Source of the DNA: an uncultured Christensenella sp.
GTDB taxonomy: Bacteria > Bacillota > Clostridia > Christensenellales > UBA1242
Direction of reading: 5' to 3'
NCBI GenBank assembly: GCA_949290565.1
Contig: CASESH010000018.1
Coordinates: 1,585 to 65,584 of the forward strand
Length of the DNA: 64,000 nt
The notes beneath the pieces are model-generated. The model worked only from the letters and a program-made list of their open reading frames with translations. It had not been told where the DNA came from and did no database searches. This document shows positions 1 to 10,296 of the stretch, piece after piece (within the stretch, counting starts at the first letter, position 1; every line of letters starts with the position of its first letter). The translations under genes and the position numbers were made by a program.

Positions 1-551
1 GTCTTACCAAACAAAATCTCCTCACAAGACAATTTATGAATTGAATTTGTTTTTTCACATACAATCACATTATAGAACATTTTACCTTGTTTTGCAATAA
101 CATCTTTATCAATTTTAAAGCAGTTGTTTTGTAAAAATTTTCTAACCTCAACAATATTTGTTTGAGGTTGTAATATAAACTTTTTAAACTTATTACTATA
201 AGGTCTAGACAAAATCTTAATAATTTCCATACCACCCATACCGGCAATGATTATTTGTTCTGGCAACATTTTTGAACAGTTAATACCTAAATTTAATTCT
301 AAACTATTGTTTTGTTTAGAAAAAACATCTAGTCCATCACCTACTAAAAAACAAGTTTTTCCCTTATAATTAATTAAATTTTTTACTGCTTTACTTAAAC
401 ATTTTTCACTCTTATCTGTCAAAAAACTAAAATCAATCAAATTATTTTCTAATAAAAACTTAGTGATATAACCATGGTCAGCGCCAATATCTGCTACGAC
501 TTTACAATCGACAAACTTACAAATTGTTTGTATTCTCTTATCTTTAATCAC
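1..551 (-). CDS. trmK: tRNA (adenine22-N1)-methyltransferase TrmK/YqfN family; 3' end runs off the window
   Basis: Own translation of the minus strand from GTG at 551 (overlaps the sigA stop): [37 protein letters not shown]...[15 protein letters not shown]. It has DIGxDHxY and AGMGG motifs and sits right after dnaG-sigA as in Bacillus. The frame is open to position 1, so it is absent from the ORF track. Track ORF 65..247 is out of frame and spurious. Confidence 0.75.
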   Translation of the reverse strand, partial: MIKDKRIQTICKFVDCKVVADIGADHGYITKFLLENNLIDFSFLTDKSEKCLSKAVKNLINYKGKTCFLVGDGLDVFSKQNNSLELNLGINCSKMLPEQIIIAGMGGMEIIKILSRPYSNKFKKFILQPQTNIVEVRKFLQNNCFKIDKDVIAKQGKMFYNVIVCEKTNSIHKLSCEEILFGK

Positions 552-1599
552 AAAAACCTTCCAACTTTTTGCATCTATTTGGATGACGAAGTTTTCTAAG
601 AGCCTTGGCTTCAATTTGTCTAATTCTTTCTCTTGTAACAGAGAATTCTTTACCAACCTCTTCAAGTGTTCTAGGGTGAGAGTCATCCAAACCATATCTT
701 AGTCTAATAACTTTTTGTTCCCTAGGTGTAAGTGAATCTATTGCTGACATAAGTTGTTCTCTTAAAATTAACTGAACAGCATTTTCAATAGGAGAAGTTA
801 TCTTATCATCTTCTACGAAATCACCTATTCTACTATCTTCTTCCTCCCCAACAGGATTTTCAAGTGATATAGGGTCGAGTGCTATTTTTTGAATTTCACA
901 AACTCTTTGTTCTGGAATTCCCATTTGTTCGGCAATTTCTTGTGCTGTTGGGTCTCTACCTAATTCTTGCATAAGTTGTCTAGAAACTCGTTTTAATTTG
1001 TTAATTGTTTCGACCATATGAACAGGAATTCTAATTGTCCTTGCCTGGTCTGCGATAGCACGAGAGATTGACTGTCTTATCCACCAAGTTGCATAAGTTG
1101 AAAATCTAAAACCCTTAGTATAGTCAAATTTTTCAACAGCCCTTAATAGACCTAAATTACCTTCTTGTATTAAATCTAAAAATTGCATACTTGTCCTACC
1201 AACGTATTTTTTTGCAATACTGACAACAAGACGCAAATTAGATTCTGAGAGTTTTTTTCTTGCATACTCATCTCCCTGACTCATTCTCTTAGCATATTCA
1301 ATTTCTTCCTCGCTTGTGAGCAAAGAAACCTTTCCTATATCTTTTAAATACATCTTTACAGGGTCATCTACGCTAACCTGATTTGCAATTTGAGTTATAT
1401 CTTCAATTTCTTCACTAACATCAGTTTTATTAACCTTAATTCCGTGTTCTATTAAATAAGAAACAACTTCCTCAATCTCTTTTGCAGAAGCGTCATATTT
1501 AAGTAATCTTAAAACAATTTCTTCTTCATTTAAAATTTTCTTTTGTTTAGCAATTTCAATTAATTTGTTTACCTCTGGTTGAAACTTTTCGTTATACAT
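544..1599 (-). CDS. sigA: RNA polymerase primary sigma factor (sigma-70 / SigA)
   Basis: 351 aa. Region 2 [55 protein letters not shown], and region 4.2 [30 protein letters not shown]. It follows dnaG as in the conserved dnaG-sigA operon. Confidence 0.97.
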   Translation of the reverse strand: MYNEKFQPEVNKLIEIAKQKKILNEEEIVLRLLKYDASAKEIEEVVSYLIEHGIKVNKTDVSEEIEDITQIANQVSVDDPVKMYLKDIGKVSLLTSEEEIEYAKRMSQGDEYARKKLSESNLRLVVSIAKKYVGRTSMQFLDLIQEGNLGLLRAVEKFDYTKGFRFSTYATWWIRQSISRAIADQARTIRIPVHMVETINKLKRVSRQLMQELGRDPTAQEIAEQMGIPEQRVCEIQKIALDPISLENPVGEEEDSRIGDFVEDDKITSPIENAVQLILREQLMSAIDSLTPREQKVIRLRYGLDDSHPRTLEEVGKEFSVTRERIRQIEAKALRKLRHPNRCKKLEGFCD

Positions 1600-1603
1600 T
1601 CAC

Positions 1604-3385
1604 CTATCTCCAATTTTTAATTTCTTTTGCAATATTATTTAATTTAACAGCAATTTCTTTTCTCTTTTCCAAATCAATCTCATTTTTAAAAGCCTGAGTA
1701 AGTTCTTCCTGTTTATTTTTTAATTCTAAATATGATATTTTCTTAATACACTCATTAAAATAAATATCTAAATTATCTCCAAAATTATTAAAATTAAAAT
1801 TAATAATTTCAGCAATATCAGGATTATTTTCCACATCAAAATAGTCAAATAGCGAACTAATTGTATATGATTTATTATTTATACAACAATTTTTTGCAAA
1901 GTTAAAGAGTTTGTTGTAATTAGAATTTTGAAATGTAAAATCCTTATCTAAAATTCCCTTAGCATAATCTTTTTTATGGATAATACTAGCGAGAATAAAT
2001 TGTTGAGCCTTTAAATAACCCTCCGGCCTTGAAATTAAGATGCTATTTTCATCCTTGTCTTGTTTAGGCAAAGTTGTCGAGTTTGATAATATATCTCTCC
2101 TTAGAATATCTTGCGAGATATTTGTTTTTTTTGAGATAATTTTTAAATATATTTCTTTCTCACTATTAGTATTTAGATTTGAAAGAATTTCCATACATTG
2201 ATTAATAAACTTATTCTTTTCAAAATTATCTTTTAAATTGTGATTTTTTTCAAGCAGGTTTATCTTAAATTCTATTCCATCAATAGCATTATTGATACAG
2301 TCATTTAGTTCAGAACTACCATATTTTTTCAAATACTCATCAGGGTCAAGATTATCTTTTAGACTAACAACCCTAACTTCAAGTCCAGCACTAAGTAAAA
2401 TATCAATTGCTTTATAAGTTGCATTTTGTCCAGCGCTATCTCCATCAAGACACAAAATAATTTTATCAACTAATTTTTTTAATTCTTTTGCGTGATAAGG
2501 TGTTATTGCCGTACCCATACAAGCAACAGAATTTTTAAATCCAGCCTTGTGCATAGCAATAACATCAATCGTACCCTCACAAATTATTATATAATCTAAT
2601 TTTTGATGTTCCTTTTTAAATTGCTTAACATTATAAATATTATAAATTGTTTTACTCTTATCAAAGACGATTGTTTGAGTTGAATTCCTATATTTTGCAT
2701 AATTAGGATTATTTTCTAAACTCCTTGCAGTAAAGCCTATACAATCGCCTAAGTTATTTAGAATAGGAAAAATTAATCTAGTTGCAAAGACATCATAAGG
2801 TTCTTTATTGTCGTTATAGTCAACTAATCCGGCAAGATTCATAGTCTTTAAATCAACATTATTTTGACTTAAATACTTAATTAAACTTTTCCAATCAGGA
2901 CTATAACCGATATTAAAATCTTCAATTACCTTACTATTAAAATCTCTTTTTTTTATGTAATCAAGAACTTTACTATCACTTGTACTTTTAAGACATTGAC
3001 AATAATAATCCTTTGCCAAGTTTAAAGCCCTTAAAACTTTTTCTTTTGTCCTTAATTTTTCCATATCTTCCATAGTATTTGAATACTGAGGAAGTTCAAG
3101 TCCAGCAGATGAGGCAAGTAATTTTACAGCCTCATAAAAAGAGAGATTTTCATATTTTTGAATGAAAGAAATGACATCTCCACTTTCTCCACACCCATAA
3201 CAATGATAAAATTGTTCATCTTCATTAACAGCAAAAGAAGGCGTTTTTTCAAAATGAAATGGACAGCACGCCCAAAAAGTCTTCCCTTTTTTTTCCAACG
3301 TTATAGATTTAGACAAAACAGAAATTATATCGTTTCTTTCCTTAACCTGAGCAATAAATTCAGCAGGAAAACCACGATTAATCAA
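1604..3385 (-). CDS. dnaG: DNA primase DnaG
   Basis: 593 aa. Zn-finger CCPFHFEKTPSFAVNEDEQFYHCYGCGESGDVISF. Toprim motifs IICEGTIDVIAMHKAGF and ILCLDGDSAGQNAT. Confidence 0.95.
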   Translation of the reverse strand: MINRGFPAEFIAQVKERNDIISVLSKSITLEKKGKTFWACCPFHFEKTPSFAVNEDEQFYHCYGCGESGDVISFIQKYENLSFYEAVKLLASSAGLELPQYSNTMEDMEKLRTKEKVLRALNLAKDYYCQCLKSTSDSKVLDYIKKRDFNSKVIEDFNIGYSPDWKSLIKYLSQNNVDLKTMNLAGLVDYNDNKEPYDVFATRLIFPILNNLGDCIGFTARSLENNPNYAKYRNSTQTIVFDKSKTIYNIYNVKQFKKEHQKLDYIIICEGTIDVIAMHKAGFKNSVACMGTAITPYHAKELKKLVDKIILCLDGDSAGQNATYKAIDILLSAGLEVRVVSLKDNLDPDEYLKKYGSSELNDCINNAIDGIEFKINLLEKNHNLKDNFEKNKFINQCMEILSNLNTNSEKEIYLKIISKKTNISQDILRRDILSNSTTLPKQDKDENSILISRPEGYLKAQQFILASIIHKKDYAKGILDKDFTFQNSNYNKLFNFAKNCCINNKSYTISSLFDYFDVENNPDIAEIINFNFNNFGDNLDIYFNECIKKISYLELKNKQEELTQAFKNEIDLEKRKEIAVKLNNIAKEIKNWR

Positions 3386-3459
3386 AACAACAACTCCTAT
3401 TTAAATAACTAACTACTCTATATATACAACACTAAAAAGAGATTTCCTCTTTTTTTCAT

Positions 3460-3488
3460 AAAAAAAAGTCAAAAATTTTGACTTTTTT
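3460..3488 (-). terminator. Rho-independent terminator after the DAK2-domain gene (bidirectional-looking hairpin)
   Basis: GTCAAA-att-TTTGAC hairpin at 3468-3482, flanked by an A8 run on one side and a T6 run on the other. On the minus strand it is followed by T8. It lies 75 nt downstream of the stop at 3563. Confidence 0.6.
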
Positions 3489-3562
3489 AAAAAATCACTT
3501 AATTTTTTATTCAATTAGGTTATTTTTTCGCCCACTTTTTTTCATTTTGAATAAAAAAACAA

Positions 3563-5197
3563 CTATTCAACTGATAAAATATAATAATATACAGGTTGCC
3601 CACCACAAATTGCATTAAACTCACACTGAGGGAAAACTTCTTTTAAATGTTCTTGCAATTTAATTGCATCTTCCTCTTTAACTTCTTGTCCATAGAATAA
3701 ATTAACATTTGCAGACTGTTCATCAATCAATTTTGAAACTAACCCTTCGACCGTTTCAGGAATTTCCTTACCTTTTGCTAAAATTGAATTGTTGTCAAGT
3801 CCTATTATTTCTCCTACACTTAAATCAAATCCATCAACATGAGTAGCCCTAACTGCATAAGTTACACTGCCTGTCTTAACGTTCTTCATTGACTCAGTCA
3901 TAACCTCAATATTTTCTTCAACGCTACTTTCTGGGTTAAAAGAAAGACAAGCAGAAATCCCCTCTGGAACACTTCTAGTTGGAATAACAACAATATTTTT
4001 ACTTGTTAAGTCTTTCGCTTGTTCAGCAGCAAGAATAATATTTTTATTATTTGGTAAAACAAAAACTGTTTGAGCGTTTACTTTTTCAATAGCCTCAGCA
4101 ATGTCATTTGCGCTAGGATTCATAGTTTGTCCACCTGTTATAATGTGATCAACCATTAGGTCTTTAAATAATAGTGCAAATCCATCTCCTGCTGAAACTG
4201 AAACAATCCCCATTAATTTTTCAGGCTCTTTCTTTGTTTGTTCCTCTTGAAGTTGCCTATTTTTTTCAAGCATATTTTCGATTTTTACATTAGTAATTTC
4301 TCCAAGTTCAAGGCCAAAACCTATTGCCTTTTGAGGTTCGTTCGTTAGGACTTGTGCTTTTACTAAACTCAAATCCCCCAAACAAATTACAGAATCTCCA
4401 ATTCCAACAAGTAGTTCTTTTAATTTATCAATATCACTTTGAGTAGTCTTCTTGTGCATATTGATAATGTTGTATTCAACTGAATATACAAATTGAATTT
4501 CAACAATATCGACAGCAACATTTCTATCTTTGTCATTTTGAAAATCAACATTAGGGTCTAAATAGTCAGCATTTGAAGAAATATCCCCTTCAAGAGCCTT
4601 ATAAAATCCTGTAAAAATTACTAAAAGTCCTCTACCACCAGCATCGACAACGCCCGCTTTTTTAAGAACAGGCAATAGTTCAGGAGTTTGCATTAAAATT
4701 TCTTCGCCCTTATCAATCACATTTTTTAAGAAAATCTCAAACTCACTATGTTTTTTACAAACACTAACAGCATAGTCGGCCATGACTCTAATTACAGTTA
4801 AGATAGTACCTTCCTTAGGTTTTGTAACAGCCTTGTAGGCAATGTCTGCCCCCTCTTTCATTGCAAGCGCAAAATCTTTGGTTTTTACCTCAGTGCATTG
4901 ACCTAAAATTTTAGACATACCCTTTAAAATTTGAGATAATATTACGCCTGAATTTCCTCTTGCTCCTCTTAAAGCACCCTTTGTAACAGCCTCAGCCAGA
5001 CTATCAAAATTATTATTTACACACTCATTAACTTCCTTTGTTGCTGACTTAAAAGTCAAATTCATATTAGTGCCGGTATCCCCATCTGGAACAGGAAAAA
5101 CATTTAATGAGTCAACATATTTTCTATTTTCATCAAGCAAACTGGAAGCAGTCAAAATCATCTTCCTAAACATTGCTCCATTGATTGATTTTTGCAA
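3563..5197 (-). CDS. DAK2/DhaL-domain protein (YloV family)
   Basis: 544 aa. N-terminal DhaL motif PVPDGDTGTNMNLT. Paired with an upstream Asp23-family gene, as in the Bacillus yloU-yloV pair. Confidence 0.85.
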   Translation of the reverse strand: MQKSINGAMFRKMILTASSLLDENRKYVDSLNVFPVPDGDTGTNMNLTFKSATKEVNECVNNNFDSLAEAVTKGALRGARGNSGVILSQILKGMSKILGQCTEVKTKDFALAMKEGADIAYKAVTKPKEGTILTVIRVMADYAVSVCKKHSEFEIFLKNVIDKGEEILMQTPELLPVLKKAGVVDAGGRGLLVIFTGFYKALEGDISSNADYLDPNVDFQNDKDRNVAVDIVEIQFVYSVEYNIINMHKKTTQSDIDKLKELLVGIGDSVICLGDLSLVKAQVLTNEPQKAIGFGLELGEITNVKIENMLEKNRQLQEEQTKKEPEKLMGIVSVSAGDGFALLFKDLMVDHIITGGQTMNPSANDIAEAIEKVNAQTVFVLPNNKNIILAAEQAKDLTSKNIVVIPTRSVPEGISACLSFNPESSVEENIEVMTESMKNVKTGSVTYAVRATHVDGFDLSVGEIIGLDNNSILAKGKEIPETVEGLVSKLIDEQSANVNLFYGQEVKEEDAIKLQEHLKEVFPQCEFNAICGGQPVYYYILSVE

Positions 5198-5266
5198 TTT
5201 AATACTCCTCCACGGTTGTGTTTTATTATAAGACTAATTTAATTAAGTCGAATTTACATAAAAAAA

Positions 5267-5617
5267 CTAAATCCTTACCCCGATTACTTTTATATTAACT
5301 GCATCAACAATCATACCTGTAAATTTTTCAACACTATATTTAACTGTACTCTTTACACTATCACAAACCGCCGTTATTGAAACGCCATATTTTAAGATAA
5401 TGTTTAGGTCAACAGTAATGTGATTATCAACACTAGTTATCTTTACCCCACGGGAAAAGGACCTATTTTTAAAAATCTCGCCAAAACTCTCTTTTGCACT
5501 CCTAGTAACTAAATCAATAACTCCATAGCAATCAAGAGCATTATAACCTGCAACTACTGCAATTGCATTATTATCTATTGTAATATCCCCAAAAGCGTTA
5601 GATGTTTTAACGAACAT
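5267..5617 (-). CDS. Asp23/Gls24 family envelope-stress protein (YloU-like)
   Basis: 116 aa. Typical Asp23 layout (GDITIDNNAIAVVAGYNALDCYGV...VDAVNIKVIGV). Sits immediately upstream of the DAK2 gene. Confidence 0.85.
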   Translation of the reverse strand: MFVKTSNAFGDITIDNNAIAVVAGYNALDCYGVIDLVTRSAKESFGEIFKNRSFSRGVKITSVDNHITVDLNIILKYGVSITAVCDSVKSTVKYSVEKFTGMIVDAVNIKVIGVRI

Positions 5618-6058
5618 AACAAATTCCTTTCATAAAAGTTTGTTGGTTCTGACCAACTTACAACTAGTATAATACAACATTTAGTTTGATAGCGCAAGTA
5701 TTTTAAGTAAAATTTTTAAACTAAGATTTACAAAAAAAGTAAAATATAAATGTTTAAAAAGATTTAATAATACAAACATTTTTAAAAAATCTAAAAGTTT
5801 AATCTAAATTAAAAGTTATAAAATTTATAAAATTTTTTCATACTTCAATTTAAAAGAAATATTTAGTAACATAATAGAATTAATCATAAATAATATCTAT
5901 TCATTCAAATTTAATTAATTCTTTTTTAAATGAATTTTTTAATCTTTTTTAAAGTAAGTATTTTCTTATCAATTTAACTTAATTTTAAATTTGCATAGAA
6001 TACTAGTATAAAAATAATAAAGTATATATGTTGTAATTTTAAAATATTTTATTTTAGT

Positions 6059-6082
6059 AAAAAAGAGAGGATTTTCCTCTCT
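6059..6082 (-). terminator. Rho-independent terminator
   Basis: AGAGAGG-atttt-CCTCTCT hairpin at 6064-6082. On the minus strand it is followed by TTTTT. It lies about 140 nt downstream of the 6223 stop. Confidence 0.5.
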
Positions 6083-6222
6083 TAGTTATTTAAATCTATG
6101 TAATGTTTTCTAAGAATTAGTCTAACAAATTTAGACAATAATTTAGGTACTTTAATACAAATTATTTTCATCTTAATAACCTACCTTTTCAAAACATTAT
6201 ATGTTTTAAAAAAGTAAAGTTG

Positions 6223-6465
6223 TTACATATTCATACCTTGTTTTGATTCAAAATATTGTTTTTTTCTTAACGAGTGTTTTTCTAATTCATTAACAACACT
6301 CAATCTTTCTTGTTTTGTTAGATTAGAAAAATCTCCTTTACTTTCTTTTTTATACTGGGCAATACTATCAACTTTGTATAACATTAAACTAGCATCGCTT
6401 GCAAATAAATCCTTTACATATGGAGATGTCTTTTCATCATACGACAATTCGATATAATCTCGCAA
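6223..6465 (-). CDS. hypothetical small protein (TTG start uncertain)
   Basis: 80-aa ORF from the track. No recognisable motif, no convincing RBS, and TTG is the first canonical start in frame. Confidence 0.35.
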   Translation of the reverse strand: MRDYIELSYDEKTSPYVKDLFASDASLMLYKVDSIAQYKKESKGDFSNLTKQERLSVVNELEKHSLRKKQYFESKQGMNM

Positions 6466-6524
6466 GTTGTCAAGACTAAATTGAACATTACCATTATATT
6501 CCCTATAAATTTTTAAGAAATTAT

Positions 6525-6782
6525 TTATTTGATTAAATAACCTGAAATATCTTCTTTGCTAATTCTCCTCAATTTTATAGAATTCAAAACCTCTTTGACC
6601 ATACTGAAAAATCGCTCACTTGTAATATCAGAAATATCTATCTTGTTATTGTTACTATCTATTAAATAATGCTTACATACTTTTTTAGATTGACCTTTTA
6701 CTATTCTTGCAGCATAATTATACAAACTCTTTTCTTCTTCAATATTTTTTTCATTTTTTTCATAAACTTGTAAATTTACCAT
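6525..6782 (-). CDS. hypothetical small protein
   Basis: The track ORF is trimmed to the ATG at 6782 (MVNLQVYEK...), which is preceded by a strong RBS, AAAGGAGGG, 9 nt upstream. No recognisable family. Confidence 0.5.
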   Translation of the reverse strand: MVNLQVYEKNEKNIEEEKSLYNYAARIVKGQSKKVCKHYLIDSNNNKIDISDITSERFFSMVKEVLNSIKLRRISKEDISGYLIK

Positions 6783-7066
6783 TACAAAAATTCCCTCCTT
6801 TATCTGCAATTAATAGTTTTTTTATTAGTATAATTGATAAGTAAGTTTAATTACAAAAAAATTTAATTTTTTAAATATTTTAACATTTTATAATTAATTG
6901 TCCGCTAAATAAAATTAAATTTTTAGTCAACTTCTACTTCTTGTATTGTATTATAATTTATAAATACTATCAACATTCACTCAAAAATCATCACTTTGGG
7001 CACAAAATTTAAACTATTCATTATTAAACAAATATTATTATATTTTTAACTTACTAAAATACTTAT

Positions 7067-7714
7067 TTATCTTAACATATTTACAGCCTTTACCTTATCT
7101 TTGCTAGAATACAAATAATTTCCCACAACTACAATACTAACACCCAACTCTTTTAACTTTGCTATGTTACTAAGATTTACTCCACCATCAACTTCGATTA
7201 AACAATTTAAATTATATTCATTTAAGAAATCTTTAACTTGTTTTATTCTTTTAAAAGTAGTTTGTAAAAACGACTGTCCACTCTTACCCGGTTCAACACT
7301 CATGACTAGAACAACATCACAAAAGCACAAAAATGGCAAAATCTCATCAACGCTAGTATTAGGTTTAAAACTTAACCCCGTAAAACAATCTCTTTTTTTT
7401 ATATCTTCTAGCAATTTAACTAACTGCTCTTTATTAGCAAAACTTTCATAATGTAAAGTAAGAATATTAGCGCCATTTTTTAAATATTTTTTATATGTCT
7501 TTTGAGGATTTTTTATCATTAAATGAACATCAAGTGGTTTTATTGTAGTCTTTTTTATTGATTTTAAAAGAGTATAATCAAATGTTTTTGCACTAACAAA
7601 CTGTCCATCCATAACGTCACAATGAATATAATCTATTCCGGTATTTTCAAGACTAGTTATATAATCTAACATATTCTCTAATTTTGGTGGATTTGTTGAA
7701 GCACTTATAAGCAT
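7067..7714 (-). CDS. rpe: ribulose-phosphate 3-epimerase
   Basis: 215 aa. Motifs IHCDVMDGQFV, LDVHLMI, VMSVEPGKSGQSF and IEVDGGV. Confidence 0.9.
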   Translation of the reverse strand: MLISASTNPPKLENMLDYITSLENTGIDYIHCDVMDGQFVSAKTFDYTLLKSIKKTTIKPLDVHLMIKNPQKTYKKYLKNGANILTLHYESFANKEQLVKLLEDIKKRDCFTGLSFKPNTSVDEILPFLCFCDVVLVMSVEPGKSGQSFLQTTFKRIKQVKDFLNEYNLNCLIEVDGGVNLSNIAKLKELGVSIVVVGNYLYSSKDKVKAVNMLR

Positions 7715-7719
7715 ATTTT

Positions 7720-8760
7720 TTACTCCTTATTAATAAATTTCCTTCTAAGTTGACCACAGGCGCCATCTATATCGTTTCCCAAACTTCTACGAGTAGTGAC
7801 ATTAATATTATAGGACTTTAAAACTCTTGCAAAATCATCAACAGTTTGAGGACTGCACTTTTTAAAATTATTTTCTTTAACTTCGTTAAGGTTAATGAGA
7901 TTAACAATGCAATTAAAATTAGAAAGCAACTTTGCAAGTCTTAAAGCGTGTTCTTTTGAACAATTAATTCCATCAATTAAAATATACTCAAATAAAATTC
8001 TTCTATTTGTTTTCTTGAAATAATATCTACAAGATTCTAAAAGTTTATCAATTTGATAGACATTCGCAATGGGCATAATTTGTTTTCTAGTCTGGTCATT
8101 ATCAGCGTGGAGCGAAATACACAAGTTAATTTGATAACCCGAATTTGCAAGTTCATAAATCTTATCTACAATGCCACAAGTACTAAGTGAAATATTTCTT
8201 TGAGAGTAATTAAGCCCGTGTTTGTCAGTTGCTATATTAATAAAATTTAAAACATTATCAAAATTATCAAGAGGCTCACCACTTCCCATTAAAACAATAT
8301 TTGTAACCTTTCTATCTTGTAAATTTCCACCAAGATAACAATTTGCTACAATTATTTGAGATATAATCTCGCCACTACTTAAATTTCTTACCAACCCATC
8401 AAGGCCAGAAGCACAAAATTTGCATTTCATTCTACAACCAACCTGAGTTGATACACAAAGAGTATAACCAAATTTATAATTCATAAGTACGCCTTCAACA
8501 ATGTTGTCATCATTTAATTTGTATAAAAACTTTTGCGTTCCGTCTTTTGATTTTTGACAATGAATAACTTCTAAACTCTTATCATCAAAATCCTTTTTTA
8601 TTTGACTTTTTAAAATATCTGGAATGTTAGACATTTCATCAAGCGACTTTCCAGCGTGAAGTTGATTAAAAATTTGTTCAGCCCTATACTTTGGTTGAGA
8701 ATAACTAACAACTAAGTCTTGTAGTTTTGAAAAACTTAAACTAAGTAAACTTTCTTTCAT
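7720..8760 (-). CDS. rlmN: 23S rRNA/tRNA A2503 C2-methyltransferase RlmN (radical SAM)
   Basis: 346 aa. Radical-SAM cluster VGCRMKCKFCASG, GSGEPLDN, and C-terminal CGQL. Synteny with fmt/def. Confidence 0.92.
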   Translation of the reverse strand: MKESLLSLSFSKLQDLVVSYSQPKYRAEQIFNQLHAGKSLDEMSNIPDILKSQIKKDFDDKSLEVIHCQKSKDGTQKFLYKLNDDNIVEGVLMNYKFGYTLCVSTQVGCRMKCKFCASGLDGLVRNLSSGEIISQIIVANCYLGGNLQDRKVTNIVLMGSGEPLDNFDNVLNFINIATDKHGLNYSQRNISLSTCGIVDKIYELANSGYQINLCISLHADNDQTRKQIMPIANVYQIDKLLESCRYYFKKTNRRILFEYILIDGINCSKEHALRLAKLLSNFNCIVNLINLNEVKENNFKKCSPQTVDDFARVLKSYNINVTTRRSLGNDIDGACGQLRRKFINKE

Positions 8761-8761
8761 T

Positions 8762-9709
8762 TTAACCTCTAACTAAATACGTAGATGGAGCAATTTTTTT
8801 GCCATTTAAATAAGACTTTGAACTCATTACTTGTTTATTTGGGGCTTGAATAGTATCTAGCAATACATATCCATCTTTACATTTAACAACAAGTCCCTCT
8901 TTGGATGAAGCAATCACTACTTGACCATTTTTAAAGTTATTTTCAGTTATAACCTTGTCATATGGTTTAGCACTAAAAACTTTTAAAAAGCTATCTTCAA
9001 AGTAAACTCTTGCAACCGGCCATGGATTTAATCCGGCACAAAAATTTGAAATTTGTATAGGTGTTTTGTCAAAGTCAATATATGAATTTTCTTTGTCAAG
9101 TTTTGGGAAATATGTTGCTAAACTCTCATCCTGCGGAGTGTAAATTGCCTTAAAATTCTCAATCTCATCTAAGGCCTCCACTAGCAAATCTCCACCAAGT
9201 TTGGCAAGTCTTAAAGTTAATTCTCCGGCTGTTTCTTGTGGTAAAATATCAATAGATTTTGACAAAATCATATCTCCCTTGTCGAGTCCTAGAACAGTTT
9301 GCATAATTGTTATTCCCGTTTGTTTCTCGCCATTTATTAAACACCAATTTATAGGACAACTTCCTCTATATTTTGGAAGGAGTGAAGCGTGAACGTTTAT
9401 AACTCCAAATTTTGCTAATTCTAAAATATTCTTTTTTAGTAATTGCCCAAATGATGCCGTAACTAAAATATCAGGAGAATATTTTTTAATCTCACAAACA
9501 GCAGTTTCTGTACTAACCTTTTCATACTGCAAAAGAGGTATATTATTTTCAATACTAAAAGTTTTAACCTCATTATAGGCAAACTTTTTCCCTCTACCGA
9601 CCTGTTTGTCAAGATTTGTAATAGCACAAACTACTTGATGTTTAGAACAAAAAAGTCTTTCTAAAACAATCTTAGAAAATTCTGCACTTCCTAAAAACGC
9701 AACTTTCAT
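8762..9709 (-). CDS. fmt: methionyl-tRNA formyltransferase
   Basis: 315 aa. INVHASLLPKYRGSCPINW motif. Directly downstream of def. Confidence 0.93.
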   Translation of the reverse strand: MKVAFLGSAEFSKIVLERLFCSKHQVVCAITNLDKQVGRGKKFAYNEVKTFSIENNIPLLQYEKVSTETAVCEIKKYSPDILVTASFGQLLKKNILELAKFGVINVHASLLPKYRGSCPINWCLINGEKQTGITIMQTVLGLDKGDMILSKSIDILPQETAGELTLRLAKLGGDLLVEALDEIENFKAIYTPQDESLATYFPKLDKENSYIDFDKTPIQISNFCAGLNPWPVARVYFEDSFLKVFSAKPYDKVITENNFKNGQVVIASSKEGLVVKCKDGYVLLDTIQAPNKQVMSSKSYLNGKKIAPSTYLVRG

Positions 9710-9722
9710 TTTTCCTCCGAAA

Positions 9723-10160
9723 CTACTTAACTAAATCTATATATAAAATACCATTTAAATGGTCGAACTCGTGACAAAATGCTCGTGCCATAAAGTCACT
9801 AACTGTCATTGTAACCGGGTTGTTGTATCTATCAACAAATTCCATAGTAACAGTTTTTGGACGAACAACTTCTTCACTTCTATTTGGAACACTAAGACAT
9901 CCTTCCTGTCCCTTTTGTGTGCCAGACTGTTTTTTTAATACAGGATTTATGACTTCTAGGTAATAGTTGTTCAAACTAATTACAAAAACCCTTTTTAAAA
10001 CTCCAACTTGTGGAGCAGCAAGTCCTACACCATCAGATTTTTTTAAAGTCTCTTTCATATCATCTAAAAGTTCAAACAAACTTTCATCAAACCTTGTTAC
10101 AACTTTTGAAGTCTTTCTTAATAAATCATTTTCATAAGTAATAATTTTTCTTATTGCCAT
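9723..10160 (-). CDS. def: peptide deformylase
   Basis: 145 aa. All three deformylase motifs are present: GLAAPQVG, EGCLSVP and HEFDHLNG. Confidence 0.95.
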   Translation of the reverse strand: MAIRKIITYENDLLRKTSKVVTRFDESLFELLDDMKETLKKSDGVGLAAPQVGVLKRVFVISLNNYYLEVINPVLKKQSGTQKGQEGCLSVPNRSEEVVRPKTVTMEFVDRYNNPVTMTVSDFMARAFCHEFDHLNGILYIDLVK

Positions 10161-10296
10161 TTTTTCTCCTTGTTAAAACTGTGTAAAAATTTTTGATTAT
10201 AGGTGTATTTAATTATAAAATTTAATTACATAAAAGTAAAGATATATTAAAAACTTTAAGTTTTTTTAAATTTAGAACTAAAATTTGCTATACTAA

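Noticed and set aside
65-247. 60-aa track ORF at the left edge
   Set aside because: It is out of frame with, and fully inside, the TrmK reading frame, which has clear methyltransferase motifs.
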